Shown here: piece by piece, positions 44,331-53,036 of the stretch | Layout of the letters: the number at the start of each line of letters is the position of its first letter | Position numbering within the stretch: position 1 is the first letter of the stretch | Origin: Candidatus Staskawiczbacteria bacterium RIFCSPHIGHO2_02_FULL_43_16 | GTDB lineage: Bacteria > Patescibacteriota > Minisyncoccia > Minisyncoccales > Staskawiczbacteraceae | Assembly: GCA_001821935.1 (NCBI GenBank) | Contig: MHOU01000012.1 | Location: 54,070-114,783, forward strand | Direction of reading: 5' to 3' | Length of the DNA stretch: 60,714 bases | Program-made: the position numbers and the translations under genes | Notes under the pieces: model-generated | Database searches by the model: none | Told to the model about the DNA's origin: nothing | What the model saw: only the letters and a program-made list of their open reading frames with translations

Positions 44331-44876
44331 TTAAGTTTCTTCGTATTGGGCGAGGCGGTTGATCGGCTCTTCGAGGTCGTCGCCAGTGTCATCACTTAAG
44401 CGATACTCCATTAAGAAGGCATCTTCTCCGCTGTCTTCGTAGAAAGCACGCAGTACCCGGACGGCCCGAAACTCCTGCTTGCAAAAGAACAGCTGCGCCG
44501 CTAGGTTGGTCTCGCGAACCTCCAGGGTGATGCGGGTGCGGCGATGGCCGGACAGCTTGCTGATCATCTTCGCGACCATCTGCGCTCCCACGCCCATGCG
44601 CCGCCAAGCCGGATGGACCACGAAATTAAGGAAATGCAGTTTTCTTTTATGCAGTTCGTAGATCATGAAGCCGACAACCTTTTCGCCGTACTCCGCGACC
44701 ATACTAATGCAGTTGCGCTGGCGCATACAACACAGAAGATCCTCTTCACACCAAGGATGCTCAAAACTGAGCTGCTCGGCTTGCAAAACTTCCGGGTAAT
44801 CACGTCGAATCATCCAGCGAATGTGCACCCGAACCTGTTCCTTTAAGCCCCCCCCCTCATGACGCAGAGCTTCCAT
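44331..44876 (-). CDS. GNAT-family N-acetyltransferase (RimI-like), GC-rich and SD-led
   Basis: Acetyl-CoA motif VHPAWRRMGVGAQMV. GGGAGG lies 6 nt upstream of the ATG. A G9 run lies at codons 8-10. Confidence 0.8.
   Translation of the reverse strand: MEALRHEGGGLKEQVRVHIRWMIRRDYPEVLQAEQLSFEHPWCEEDLLCCMRQRNCISMVAEYGEKVVGFMIYELHKRKLHFLNFVVHPAWRRMGVGAQMVAKMISKLSGHRRTRITLEVRETNLAAQLFFCKQEFRAVRVLRAFYEDSGEDAFLMEYRLSDDTGDDLEEPINRLAQYEET
44848..44856 (-). repeat. G9 homopolymer near the 5' end of the GNAT gene
   Basis: There are 9 consecutive C on the plus strand. The minus strand reads gag ggg ggg ggc tta aag. Confidence 0.9.
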
Positions 44877-44969
44877 GAGAAACCTCCCATTGTAAGTGTG
44901 CGATCCTGTAAATTTGCCTTACTTGAATATACACCTATTAAAAATTTTGTAAATGGGGTTTGAAAAATT

Positions 44970-45644
44970 CTAAACAGGCTTTATTCTTTTTAAATCCTGG
45001 TAAATAACATACCCGAAAATGACGCAAAAGGGAATGACAAATAGAAAGTTAATGGCATCTCCCAAAATGGGAATCATGGAAATAATGGAAGAAAAAATCG
45101 TCAGTAAAAAATACCTGAAAAAGACCGGCCACCAATACCCCCGAACCAATTCACGGCTGGCCGAAAGCGCGGCCTTGCCCCGCTTGCCTTCAAAGACAAA
45201 CATATAATTTGAAAAAACAAACCAAATGGCAACTATAATTCCGGGAATGATGAATAAAATAAGGCCCAGGATAATACAGAGGCTTTCCAGCAAAATAATC
45301 CAGGCGAAAGAACCGGCTTTTTTTGAAGCCAGGTAAAATAAGTCCACCACTTTGGCGGGCGCGCCAACTGGCTGGCTGCGTTCTTGGATAACATAAAAAA
45401 GGACAATATATACCAAAAAATTCGCCACGAAAATAATCAAAGAAAGGATTAAAAAGAACAATATTTGGGAAGGTGTGAGTGCTTTAAAAGAAGAAAAATC
45501 TATGCCATAGCTAAAACCAATCAAATATGACAGTAAAACCGGCACATAGCCAATAGCGCACACAATCAAGATCACTTTGATATTTTTTTTATAAAACTCA
45601 AAGCTTTTTTTGAATAGATCCTTGATTGAAATGAGTTTTTCCAT
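44970..45644 (-). CDS. Multi-pass membrane protein, unknown function (DUF975-like)
   Basis: 224 aa with 5-6 TM segments. Confidence 0.4.
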   Translation of the reverse strand: MEKLISIKDLFKKSFEFYKKNIKVILIVCAIGYVPVLLSYLIGFSYGIDFSSFKALTPSQILFFLILSLIIFVANFLVYIVLFYVIQERSQPVGAPAKVVDLFYLASKKAGSFAWIILLESLCIILGLILFIIPGIIVAIWFVFSNYMFVFEGKRGKAALSASRELVRGYWWPVFFRYFLLTIFSSIISMIPILGDAINFLFVIPFCVIFGYVIYQDLKRIKPV

Positions 45645-45645
45645 A

Positions 45646-46143
45646 TTATTTGGCCAATAGTTCTTTAATGATTTTGGAAATTTCCGACCCCTCTGCCTTG
45701 CCTTTCACCTGAGGCATCAGGTCCGCCATAATGCGGCCCATATCTTTTATTTCTTTGGCACCGGTTTTTTCAATGGAAGCTTGAACCAGTTTTTTCAATT
45801 CATCCACTGAAAGCTGCTGGGGCAAATATTTTTGCAGCATGGCAATTTCTTTTTTTTCAGTTTCAGCCAATTCCGGCCGGCCGCCCTGCTCATACAAGGC
45901 AATGGCGTCGCGGCGTTTTTTGACTTCAGAAATAATAACGCCCAGAGCATCTTCATCATTCAGCTCTGATTCTTGCAAAAGGGCTTCTTCGCTTTTTGAA
46001 GGGTCGGCCTTAGCCAATGCGTATCGCTTTTCGGCTTGCTTGGCATTAATTGCCGCCACCGCCATGCGCAAAACACCCACCAATTCCTGGTCTTTTTGCT
46101 TCATGGCTTCTTTAATATCGGCTTGAAGTTGCTGTTTTAACAC
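45646..46143 (-). CDS. yqeY: GatB/YqeY-domain protein
   Basis: LKQQLQADIKEAMKQKDQELVGVLRMAVAAI... is typical of the YqeY family. GTG start. Confidence 0.8.
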   Translation of the reverse strand: MLKQQLQADIKEAMKQKDQELVGVLRMAVAAINAKQAEKRYALAKADPSKSEEALLQESELNDEDALGVIISEVKKRRDAIALYEQGGRPELAETEKKEIAMLQKYLPQQLSVDELKKLVQASIEKTGAKEIKDMGRIMADLMPQVKGKAEGSEISKIIKELLAK

Positions 46144-46150
46144 TTTTTAC

Positions 46151-46235
46151 GAGGGTTTAGGGGTTAGGGTCTAGGGTTTAGCCGTAACGCCGTGTTGCGT
46201 TTTTACTATACCCTATACCCTAGACGCTATACCCT
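46151..46235. repeat. TAGGGT-type palindromic hairpin repeat, copy C (between rpsU and yqeY)
   Basis: gagggtttaggggttagggtctagggtttag-ccgtaacgccgtgttgcgtttttact-ataccctataccctagacgctataccct. Near-identical to copy A. Confidence 0.8.
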
Positions 46236-46238
46236 AAA

Positions 46239-46475
46239 TTAGTAACGGCCTGTTTTCGGCTTTGGTTTTTCCAATTTTTCCCTGGTGATTTTTTCTTTGC
46301 GTAAAATCACCCTGCGCAGAGCCGACCTTTTTTTGGCCAGGCTTGATTTTGCCCGCTTTTTAAATTGCTTACTGCGCACTTGCAGCAAAACCCCTGACTG
46401 CCTTACCGTTTTAGTAAAGCGGTGCACCAGGTTTTGCGAAGTTTCCCTGTCTTTTTTTGTTACGTTTACCGGCAT
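46239..46475 (-). CDS. rpsU: 30S ribosomal protein S21
   Basis: 78-aa highly basic protein. ...LVHRFTKTVRQSGVLLQVRSKQFKKRAKS... is S21-like. Confidence 0.75.
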   Translation of the reverse strand: MPVNVTKKDRETSQNLVHRFTKTVRQSGVLLQVRSKQFKKRAKSSLAKKRSALRRVILRKEKITREKLEKPKPKTGRY

Positions 46476-46497
46476 AATACTTTTACTTCGTAAAAGA

Positions 46498-46582
46498 AAC
46501 TCTAAATTCTAAACACTAAACTCTAAACGTTTTTGGATTTAGAATTTGGGATTTATTTAGGATTTAGGGTTTCGGATTTAGG
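46498..46582. repeat. TTTAGRR-period simple-repeat imperfect palindrome between hisS and rpsU
   Basis: aaactctaaattctaaacactaaactctaaacg pairs with ggatttagaatttgggatttatttaggatttagggtttcggatttagg. The right arm runs into the hisS stop codon. Confidence 0.55.
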
Positions 46583-47870
46583 ATTTAACTTTATTTTTCA
46601 TTTCTTGGACGACCTTGTCTAATGTAATTTCGCTTTGCGCCCCGCTTTCCATGTCCCGCAAGGTGATAAAGCCTTCCAACGCCTCCCGCTGGCCGAAAAT
46701 CAACACCCATCGCACTCCCATTTTATTGGCGGCAGAAAGCTGACTGCGCAGCGAGTCTTTGGAAAATGATTCGGCCACTGGAATTTTTTCATCCCGGAAT
46801 TCTTCAAACAGCTTCATGCTTTTGCGCTTGGCCATTTCCCCTAATTGGGCTAAAAAGATTTTTGGGCCTTCAGCCGGTTTTTTTTCCGTTTTCATTTCCT
46901 TTTCCATCATCAGTTCCATAATTCGGGAAATGCCAATGCCAACACCGCACGCGGGCGTATCCCGTCCGCCCAACAGTTTTACCAACCCATCATACCGCCC
47001 GCCCGAAGCCAGCGCCCCGTATACCATGCCAATTTCACTTTTTTCCGAAATTTCAAATACCGTTTTGGTGTAATAATCCAGGCCGCGCACCAAATACGGG
47101 TTAATCACATAGGGTAATTCCAATTCATCCAGAAATTCCAGCACCTGCTTAAAGTGGGCGTGGCACAACTGGCACAAGTGGTCAACAGTTTGGGGAGCCC
47201 CGGCTTTTACCTGCTGGCATTTTTCTTCTTTGCAGTCTAAAATCCGCAAAGGGTTTTCTTTCAGCCGGCGCTGGCAATCATGGCACAAGGAGCCCCGCTT
47301 TGATTTAAAATACCCTACCAGGATTTTTTTAAAATATGGCCGGCATTCGTTATCGCCAATGCTGTTTACCTGGATGCTGATATTTTTAAAACCCAAATCT
47401 TTAAGCACATCATAGCTCATCTGGATAATCTGGCCGTCAATGGAGGGGCTTTTATCCCCTAACGCTTCCAAGCTGGCTTGGAAAAACTGCCGGTACCGGC
47501 CTTTTTGCGGCCGGTCATGCCTGAAACACGGCCCGGATGCCCACACCTTCACCGGCTGGGGCAAGTTGTGCATGCCGTGCTCAATGTAGCTGCGCACCAC
47601 GCCCGGGGTAAATTCCGGCCTCAAACAAATCAAATCACCGCCTTTGGTCCGAAAAGAATACATCTCTTTTTCAACAATATCAGAGGTGTCGCCGGCAGCT
47701 TTGGAAAATACTTCGGCGTATTCCAGCACCGGAACTTCTATTTTTTGGAAATTATAGTAACTGGTGGTGCCTTCAATGGATTTTTGGATCTTTTTAAGAA
47801 ACGGCTGGTCCTTAGGCAGCACATCATTCATTCCACTCAAACTTTGCAGTTTCACTTTTTTTTCTGTCAT
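46578..47870 (-). CDS. hisS: Histidyl-tRNA synthetase
   Basis: GMNDVLP, LRPEFTPGVVR and SGGRYDGL (class II HisRS motifs). The start is at the ATG at 47870 (MTEKKVK). Confidence 0.9.
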   Translation of the reverse strand: MTEKKVKLQSLSGMNDVLPKDQPFLKKIQKSIEGTTSYYNFQKIEVPVLEYAEVFSKAAGDTSDIVEKEMYSFRTKGGDLICLRPEFTPGVVRSYIEHGMHNLPQPVKVWASGPCFRHDRPQKGRYRQFFQASLEALGDKSPSIDGQIIQMSYDVLKDLGFKNISIQVNSIGDNECRPYFKKILVGYFKSKRGSLCHDCQRRLKENPLRILDCKEEKCQQVKAGAPQTVDHLCQLCHAHFKQVLEFLDELELPYVINPYLVRGLDYYTKTVFEISEKSEIGMVYGALASGGRYDGLVKLLGGRDTPACGVGIGISRIMELMMEKEMKTEKKPAEGPKIFLAQLGEMAKRKSMKLFEEFRDEKIPVAESFSKDSLRSQLSAANKMGVRWVLIFGQREALEGFITLRDMESGAQSEITLDKVVQEMKNKVKS

Positions 47871-47965
47871 GAATTTATGGAGCGAAGTGAATAAATTCAC
47901 CTCGCAAATGTGGCTAATATCTATGGCATTCCTTGCGGCCACATTTGCGCCGGATACCTTGCCTA

Positions 47966-48565
47966 TTAATACGTTAGACCTTTAATATACGAAATATCTG
48001 ACAGCGGAAAAATTCTCATGAACGCCTTGCCAATGATATCCTCTTTGGGCAACACGCCCCACCGGCGCGAATCATATGAAAATGGCCGATTGTCTCCCAT
48101 CACAAAATAATTATCCGGGCCAAGCACCATGTGGCTGCTGCCATCCGTGGCAAGCGAACCGGGTAAATAGGGCTCACTTAATACTTGGCTTTTGCCGTCT
48201 TTGGTAATGGTCACTTTGCCGTTTTTAATATCCAGCGTTTCGCCGGGCAAACCAACCACCCGCTTGATAAATCGCTGGCTGGCATCTAATGGATATTTCA
48301 ACACCACCACATCGCCGCGCTTCACATCAGAAAATCGATAAGAAATTTCATCAACAATCAAGTAATCTCCCGAATGGAAATTGGGTACCATACTGTCACC
48401 CTTCACAATAAACGGCTGGAACAAAAAATAACGGATGGGCAGCACAATAACCGCCGCGATAATCAGGATTTTGATGATTTCCCAGCCCAAATCAAGATAT
48501 TTTTTGAAAACACTTTGGGGCTCGGGAGTTGGGTTTTGTTCTTGGCTTGCTAAATATTCCTCCAT
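47966..48565 (-). CDS. lepB: Signal peptidase I
   Basis: GDSMVPN (Ser box), KRVVGLPGE (Lys box) and GDNRPFSYDSR. Confidence 0.9.
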   Translation of the reverse strand: MEEYLASQEQNPTPEPQSVFKKYLDLGWEIIKILIIAAVIVLPIRYFLFQPFIVKGDSMVPNFHSGDYLIVDEISYRFSDVKRGDVVVLKYPLDASQRFIKRVVGLPGETLDIKNGKVTITKDGKSQVLSEPYLPGSLATDGSSHMVLGPDNYFVMGDNRPFSYDSRRWGVLPKEDIIGKAFMRIFPLSDISYIKGLTY

Positions 48566-48725
48566 AATAACCCCAATTTACCATGTTTTTTTCAGGAATG
48601 CAATAGCCAAAAACGTAAAAAAAGAGAGCTATGCGTTGAGGCGCACAGCTCTTGCGTAGCGGGAAAATTGAGGTGAATTTTGAAAGACAGAAGTGCCTGC
48701 GAACGGAGTCGCACCAAGTGTGCAA

Positions 48726-48959
48726 CTACCACCTTCGGTTCTTTGCCATTGCCTTGCGGTATTGGCGCACCAAACGGGCGAACAGAACATGTGCCAAAAG
48801 GTACTTGATCCTCATCTCGGTCTCCTGCTCAAAGCAGACAAGATGGTCTTTGAGCCTCCCCTTTTTGAGGTTTTCAATACCCTTCTTCAAAGCCCATGCC
48901 TTGAAGATCTGGCAGACGGTGTTCTTTTGGTGCAAGGGCAACGCAGAGGCCTTCGTCAT
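48726..48959 (-). CDS. Small hypothetical protein (GC-rich, SD-led)
   Basis: 77-aa ORF with AGGAGA 5 nt upstream of the ATG. I recognise no family. Confidence 0.4.
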   Translation of the reverse strand: MTKASALPLHQKNTVCQIFKAWALKKGIENLKKGRLKDHLVCFEQETEMRIKYLLAHVLFARLVRQYRKAMAKNRRW

Positions 48960-49030
48960 AACGATCTCCTGTCCTGAGGAAAACGGATGCGGAAAAACAC
49001 GGTGCCTCTTCTGTATCCCTGTCTTGACTC

Positions 49031-49261
49031 TTAGCCCTTTGGCTTCAGGAAGTTCGTGAGCCCGGCAGCCAGTCTTCGTTTCTCTCCCCCAGCAGCCAAA
49101 TCCCCTCGCTCTTTGGTGGTATATCCACGCGAAGAACCTGAAGAAGGCCGGTGAAGAAGTGGAGTCCCGGCAAGCCTGGCTTCAACCGCCTCCCAACTGC
49201 CCACAAACGGCTTGAAAGCCCCAGAAGAGTCAACAGCTTCGGGTACCTGAGATAGGTCCAT
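49031..49261 (-). CDS. Small hypothetical protein (GC-rich, SD-led)
   Basis: 76 aa from the internal ATG at 49261, preceded by AAGGAG at a 6-nt spacing. The longer ORF to 49384 lacks an SD. Confidence 0.4.
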   Translation of the reverse strand: MDLSQVPEAVDSSGAFKPFVGSWEAVEARLAGTPLLHRPSSGSSRGYTTKERGDLAAGGEKRRLAAGLTNFLKPKG

Positions 49262-49445
49262 GAGAACTCCTTGTACGCAATCTAGCGTACTCCATGCACA
49301 AAAGTGGTAAATCACGAGCTTCTTCTCTGTTCCGGCCCCGAACTTTGCTTGCCGTATCCTCCCATTACGGCTAAAAAAGGACATTTATCCCATTAAAACC
49401 AGTATATTCCTTTCAAAAATCGTGTCAATGGGCTAAGATAGAAAC

Positions 49446-49985
49446 ATGGTGATAATCGTTGGCCTGGGAAATCCGGGTAAAAAATTTGAAAACACGCGCC
49501 ACAATGCCGGTTTTATGGTGCTTGATTTTTTTGCACAACAAAATAATTCCCCGGAATTTGAAGTTTCAAAAAAATATTCGCAGGCACTAATTTCAGAAAA
49601 AGATGATATTCTTTTAGTGAAGCCCCAAACCTTCATGAACGAATCTGGGCGAGCTATTTCAAATTTAAAATTTCAAATTTCAAATTTAGTCGTGGCGCAC
49701 GATGATATAGATTTGCAACTGGGAAAAATAAAATTCTCAAAAGATTCCACCTCTGGCGGCCACAAAGGCGTAGCATCAATTATTCAAGCCCTTGGCACCA
49801 AAGATTTTGTCCGCTTAAAAATTGGTATCGCCACAGGAGACCACAAAGCCGAAGAAGTGGTTTTGCAAAAATTTTCCCCGCAAGAACAAGAAATTTTACA
49901 TGAAGTCATAAAAAAATCCTCCAAAGCTCTAAAATGCCTCATTAAAAGCGGTCTGGAAAAAACGATGAATGAATATAACAAGTAA
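49446..49985 (+). CDS. pth: Peptidyl-tRNA hydrolase
   Basis: VGLGNPGKKFENTRHNAGF and VAHDDIDL. Confidence 0.9.
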   Translation: MVIIVGLGNPGKKFENTRHNAGFMVLDFFAQQNNSPEFEVSKKYSQALISEKDDILLVKPQTFMNESGRAISNLKFQISNLVVAHDDIDLQLGKIKFSKDSTSGGHKGVASIIQALGTKDFVRLKIGIATGDHKAEEVVLQKFSPQEQEILHEVIKKSSKALKCLIKSGLEKTMNEYNK

Positions 49986-49991
49986 AAAAAG

Positions 49992-50019
49992 AAAGCGTTC
50001 CCCGAAAGGACCGCTTTTT
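49992..50019 (+). terminator. Intrinsic terminator of pth
   Basis: aagcgttcc-ccgaaa-ggaccgctt (one mismatch) followed by tttt. Confidence 0.6.
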
Positions 50020-50176
50020 TGCTTGCGCAAAGTCAAGCTTTGGATTTTTCCCTTTTGCTCTTCTTTTTCGGCTTCACTCGAATTTCGAGGCCACGCCGAT
50101 CCAGATAAGCACACAACGCCACCAATAACTCCATGGGAATCTTTCTCATCGCTCGCCCCTTTTTGTTGACACAGAA

Positions 50177-50602
50177 TTAGTCAGGCTCAATTGAACCGTT
50201 AAACATAAATCCCGGACCATCTGCGAATGTCACCGGCTCCAAACTGAGGGCCTTTTCTAATCGTGTGACGGCTTCAATGGGAAGTGGTTTTTTCTGGGCA
50301 TAATCCACACGCCAGTAAATCACTTCTTCTTGATTCCGCGTGACTTCGATGAACTTACCCACTAGCATTTCCATGGTCATCCTGAAAGTTTCCAAACCCT
50401 CGTAGGTATGAACACAGAACCCGGAGCCGACTACCCCGTTTGCATCTTGAAAACGAGGACTCTGAATGAGGTTAGGATTACCATCAACTGCGCTCTTGAG
50501 GTAAACTGGGCAACCCTTCTCAAGGAAGTTACACCGGATTTCAACAATATCGGGTAAGGTCTCCCGGCTAAACAGATACTTGTCAACGAACGGATCTGGC
50601 AT
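50177..50602 (-). CDS. Hypothetical cytoplasmic protein (GC-rich, SD-led)
   Basis: 141 aa from the ATG at 50602, preceded by GGAGGA at a 6-nt spacing. I recognise no motifs. Confidence 0.5.
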   Translation of the reverse strand: MPDPFVDKYLFSRETLPDIVEIRCNFLEKGCPVYLKSAVDGNPNLIQSPRFQDANGVVGSGFCVHTYEGLETFRMTMEMLVGKFIEVTRNQEEVIYWRVDYAQKKPLPIEAVTRLEKALSLEPVTFADGPGFMFNGSIEPD

Positions 50603-50693
50603 GATTAATCCTCCATTAGGGTTGAGTGAGTTATTTAATATTTTATACCAAAAAATTTTACTTTTTACAAGATTTACTTTATGATATTGGTGA

Positions 50694-52700
50694 GTGGAAA
50701 ATTTAAATACATTACTTATCGTTTCAATCACCCCCTACTTTTTAGAGAAGCAGGTTTTTTGGTTTCAGGAAAATTTGGATGAAATTTTAAAATCCGCTAA
50801 AACTCAGCAGTTTTTTCAGGATAATGTGGTATTTTTAAAGAGCGGGAAGAATTTTGAGTTTATGCAACTTTTACGAAAGTTAGATGAAATGGGCTACGAA
50901 AAAGTATTTAAAGTGGAATCCCCTGGTGAATTTTCGCAAAAAGGCGGAGTTGTGGAAGTTTTTCCGATAAATATGCTGCAAGCTATTCGCTTAGATTTTT
51001 TAGGCAATAAGATTGACGCCATAGAATTGCTAAGTGTTAAAATTGAAGATGAGGAAAAATCTCGCGAATTATTAACCAAAAAGTTAAAATCGCAAAAATT
51101 ATTTTCTGATTTAAAAAATTTGAAACTTGGTGACTATTTAGTGCACCTAGATCACGGCGTAGCAAAATTCACCGGTATGGAAAAAATGGAGGAACAAGAA
51201 TATTATACTTTAGAATATGCGCTTCATGACAAACTTTTTATTCCAGTTGGGCTGGAACGCAAGCTCTCTCGCTATGTGGGTTTTGCGGATCCGGCGGTTT
51301 CGCGCCTTGGGTCGGCCATTTGGCAAACTACCAAACGTAAAATAAAAGAAGGTGTTGAAAAATTGGCCCGGGAATTATTGAACTTGTACAGCCAAAAAGA
51401 AATGGTGGTGCGCGCGCCGTATGAAAATGATGAAGAGTTAGAAAAACAAATGCTTGCCGGGTTTGAATACCAAGAAACCCCGGATCAACTACAGGCCATG
51501 GAAGATATCAAAAAAGATTTGGGCCTTCAAAAACCCATGGACCGCATTATTTGCGGAGATGTGGGTTTTGGCAAAACTGAAATTGCCATCCGTGCGGCAT
51601 TTTTGGCGGCAGTGAATGGCCGTCAGTGCGCCATCATCTGCCCCACCACTATTTTAGCCAGCCAACATTTTGCCAACTTTAAAAGGCGCTTTGACGCCCT
51701 ACCGTTTAAAATCGCTCTGTTAAGCCGGTTACAAACAAAAAAAGAGCAGCAAAAAATATTACAAGAAATAAAAGAAGGGAAAATTGATATTGTAATAGGA
51801 ACTCATAGAATTCTTTCAGATGATGTTATATTTAAAAACCAGAGCACCGAAATTCCAAAGGAATTTGATGCTCGGCCGAGCTCTCAACGCATTGAGGGCT
51901 CTGGTTTACAACTATTAATTATTGATGATGAACAAAGGTTTGGCGTAAAACAAAAAGAAAAACTGCGCGCCAAAAATCCGGCACTGGATTTATTGAGCTT
52001 GTCAGCTACGCCCATCCCCCGCACCATTTACTTGGCGCTGTCCAGTTTTAAAAATATTTCACTGATGCAAACTCCTCCGCAAGGCAGAAGCGCCATTCAT
52101 ACAAATATCCAACCGTATAATAAAAGTAAAATTAAAGAGGCTATAGAAACTGAATTAGCGCGAAAAGGCCAAGTGTATTTTTTACACAATCGCGTTGAAA
52201 CCATAGAAAAAACAAAGGTTGGTTTACAAAAATTAATCCCGGGCATTAACATTGGCGCCATTCATGGACGAATGAATGAAAAAGAAGTTATGAAAATCAT
52301 GGCAGATTTTACGACGGGCAAAATTAATATCCTTGTTGCCACTACCATTATTGAAAACGGCATTGATTTGCCCAACGTCAACACCATTATAATAGAAGAC
52401 GCCAGCCGGCTGGGACTGGCCCAAGCTTATCAAATCCGTGGGCGCGTAGGCAGAAGCCACATAAAAAGCTTTGCTTACTTGTTCTATCCAAAAAAATTAA
52501 CGCCAATTGCCCGTGAACGGCTAAATGCTTTAGGCCAAGCCAAAGAACTGGGCGCCGGCTATCAAATTGCCCTGCGGGACATGGAAATCCGCGGCGCGGG
52601 AAATATTTTAGGCAGAGAACAATCCGGAAGCATCAACAAAATCGGCTTGAATTTATACTGCCAAATGCTGGCGGAGTCGGTGGAAAAGATGAGGCAATAA
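50694..52700 (+). CDS. mfd: Transcription-repair coupling factor Mfd, short form lacking the N-terminal UvrB-homology domains
   Basis: CarD-like LKLGDYLVHLDHGVAKFTG, helicase motifs GDVGFGKTEIAIRAAF, IIDDEQRFG and ATPIPRT, and a C-terminal translocase region. GTG start. Confidence 0.85.
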   Translation: MENLNTLLIVSITPYFLEKQVFWFQENLDEILKSAKTQQFFQDNVVFLKSGKNFEFMQLLRKLDEMGYEKVFKVESPGEFSQKGGVVEVFPINMLQAIRLDFLGNKIDAIELLSVKIEDEEKSRELLTKKLKSQKLFSDLKNLKLGDYLVHLDHGVAKFTGMEKMEEQEYYTLEYALHDKLFIPVGLERKLSRYVGFADPAVSRLGSAIWQTTKRKIKEGVEKLARELLNLYSQKEMVVRAPYENDEELEKQMLAGFEYQETPDQLQAMEDIKKDLGLQKPMDRIICGDVGFGKTEIAIRAAFLAAVNGRQCAIICPTTILASQHFANFKRRFDALPFKIALLSRLQTKKEQQKILQEIKEGKIDIVIGTHRILSDDVIFKNQSTEIPKEFDARPSSQRIEGSGLQLLIIDDEQRFGVKQKEKLRAKNPALDLLSLSATPIPRTIYLALSSFKNISLMQTPPQGRSAIHTNIQPYNKSKIKEAIETELARKGQVYFLHNRVETIEKTKVGLQKLIPGINIGAIHGRMNEKEVMKIMADFTTGKINILVATTIIENGIDLPNVNTIIIEDASRLGLAQAYQIRGRVGRSHIKSFAYLFYPKKLTPIARERLNALGQAKELGAGYQIALRDMEIRGAGNILGREQSGSINKIGLNLYCQMLAESVEKMRQ

Positions 52701-52704
52701 AAAA

Positions 52705-52726
52705 GCCAGCGATCGAAACCGCTGGC
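52705..52726. terminator. Hairpin terminator between convergent mfd and the small wHTH-like gene
   Basis: gccagcg-atcgaaac-cgctggc, followed by tttttt on the minus strand. Confidence 0.6.
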
Positions 52727-52742
52727 CCATCCTTTCTTAGGT

Positions 52743-52946
52743 TCATTGTCGGATACGATACCACCGATACCCCAAGGGCGATGCGATCGACCCCATCAAT
52801 CCCCGCGCCTGTAGCGCGAGTAATGCGCAAGACACTGGAGTCAGCGTTGAACCCAATAGTCGCGCAACCAAGCCAGCGGTTGCGCCTGTGCCAGGTAGTG
52901 CCAATTCCTCCAACGCAAGAATCCTAGTTCGCAATGATGTCGGCAT
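52743..52946 (-). CDS. Small winged-helix-like protein (GC-rich, SD-led)
   Basis: 67 aa. AAGGAG lies 6 nt upstream of the ATG. ...ATAGLVARLLGSTLTPVSCALLALQARGLM looks like a helix-turn-helix. Confidence 0.4.
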   Translation of the reverse strand: MPTSLRTRILALEELALPGTGATAGLVARLLGSTLTPVSCALLALQARGLMGSIASPLGYRWYRIRQ

Positions 52947-53036
52947 GGAATTCTCCTTGATAAAGGAACGAAATCAACACACTTAAAATACTACAACAAA
53001 GTTATAAAAATTCAAGCTTTGTGGTATCATTTATAC

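Noticed and set aside
48652-49059. Plus-strand ORFs 48652-49059 and 48693-48977 in the lepB-pth gap
   Set aside because: They are antisense to two minus-strand ORFs that each have a well-spaced SD and ATG. They are Cys/Arg-rich and have no start context.
50033-50149. 38-aa minus-strand ORF (MRKIPMELLVALCAYLDRRGLEIRVKPKKKSKREKSKA) downstream of the 50177-50602 gene
   Set aside because: It is too short to support from sequence alone and has no clear SD (only AAAGGGG 7 nt upstream). It could be real but cannot be substantiated here.
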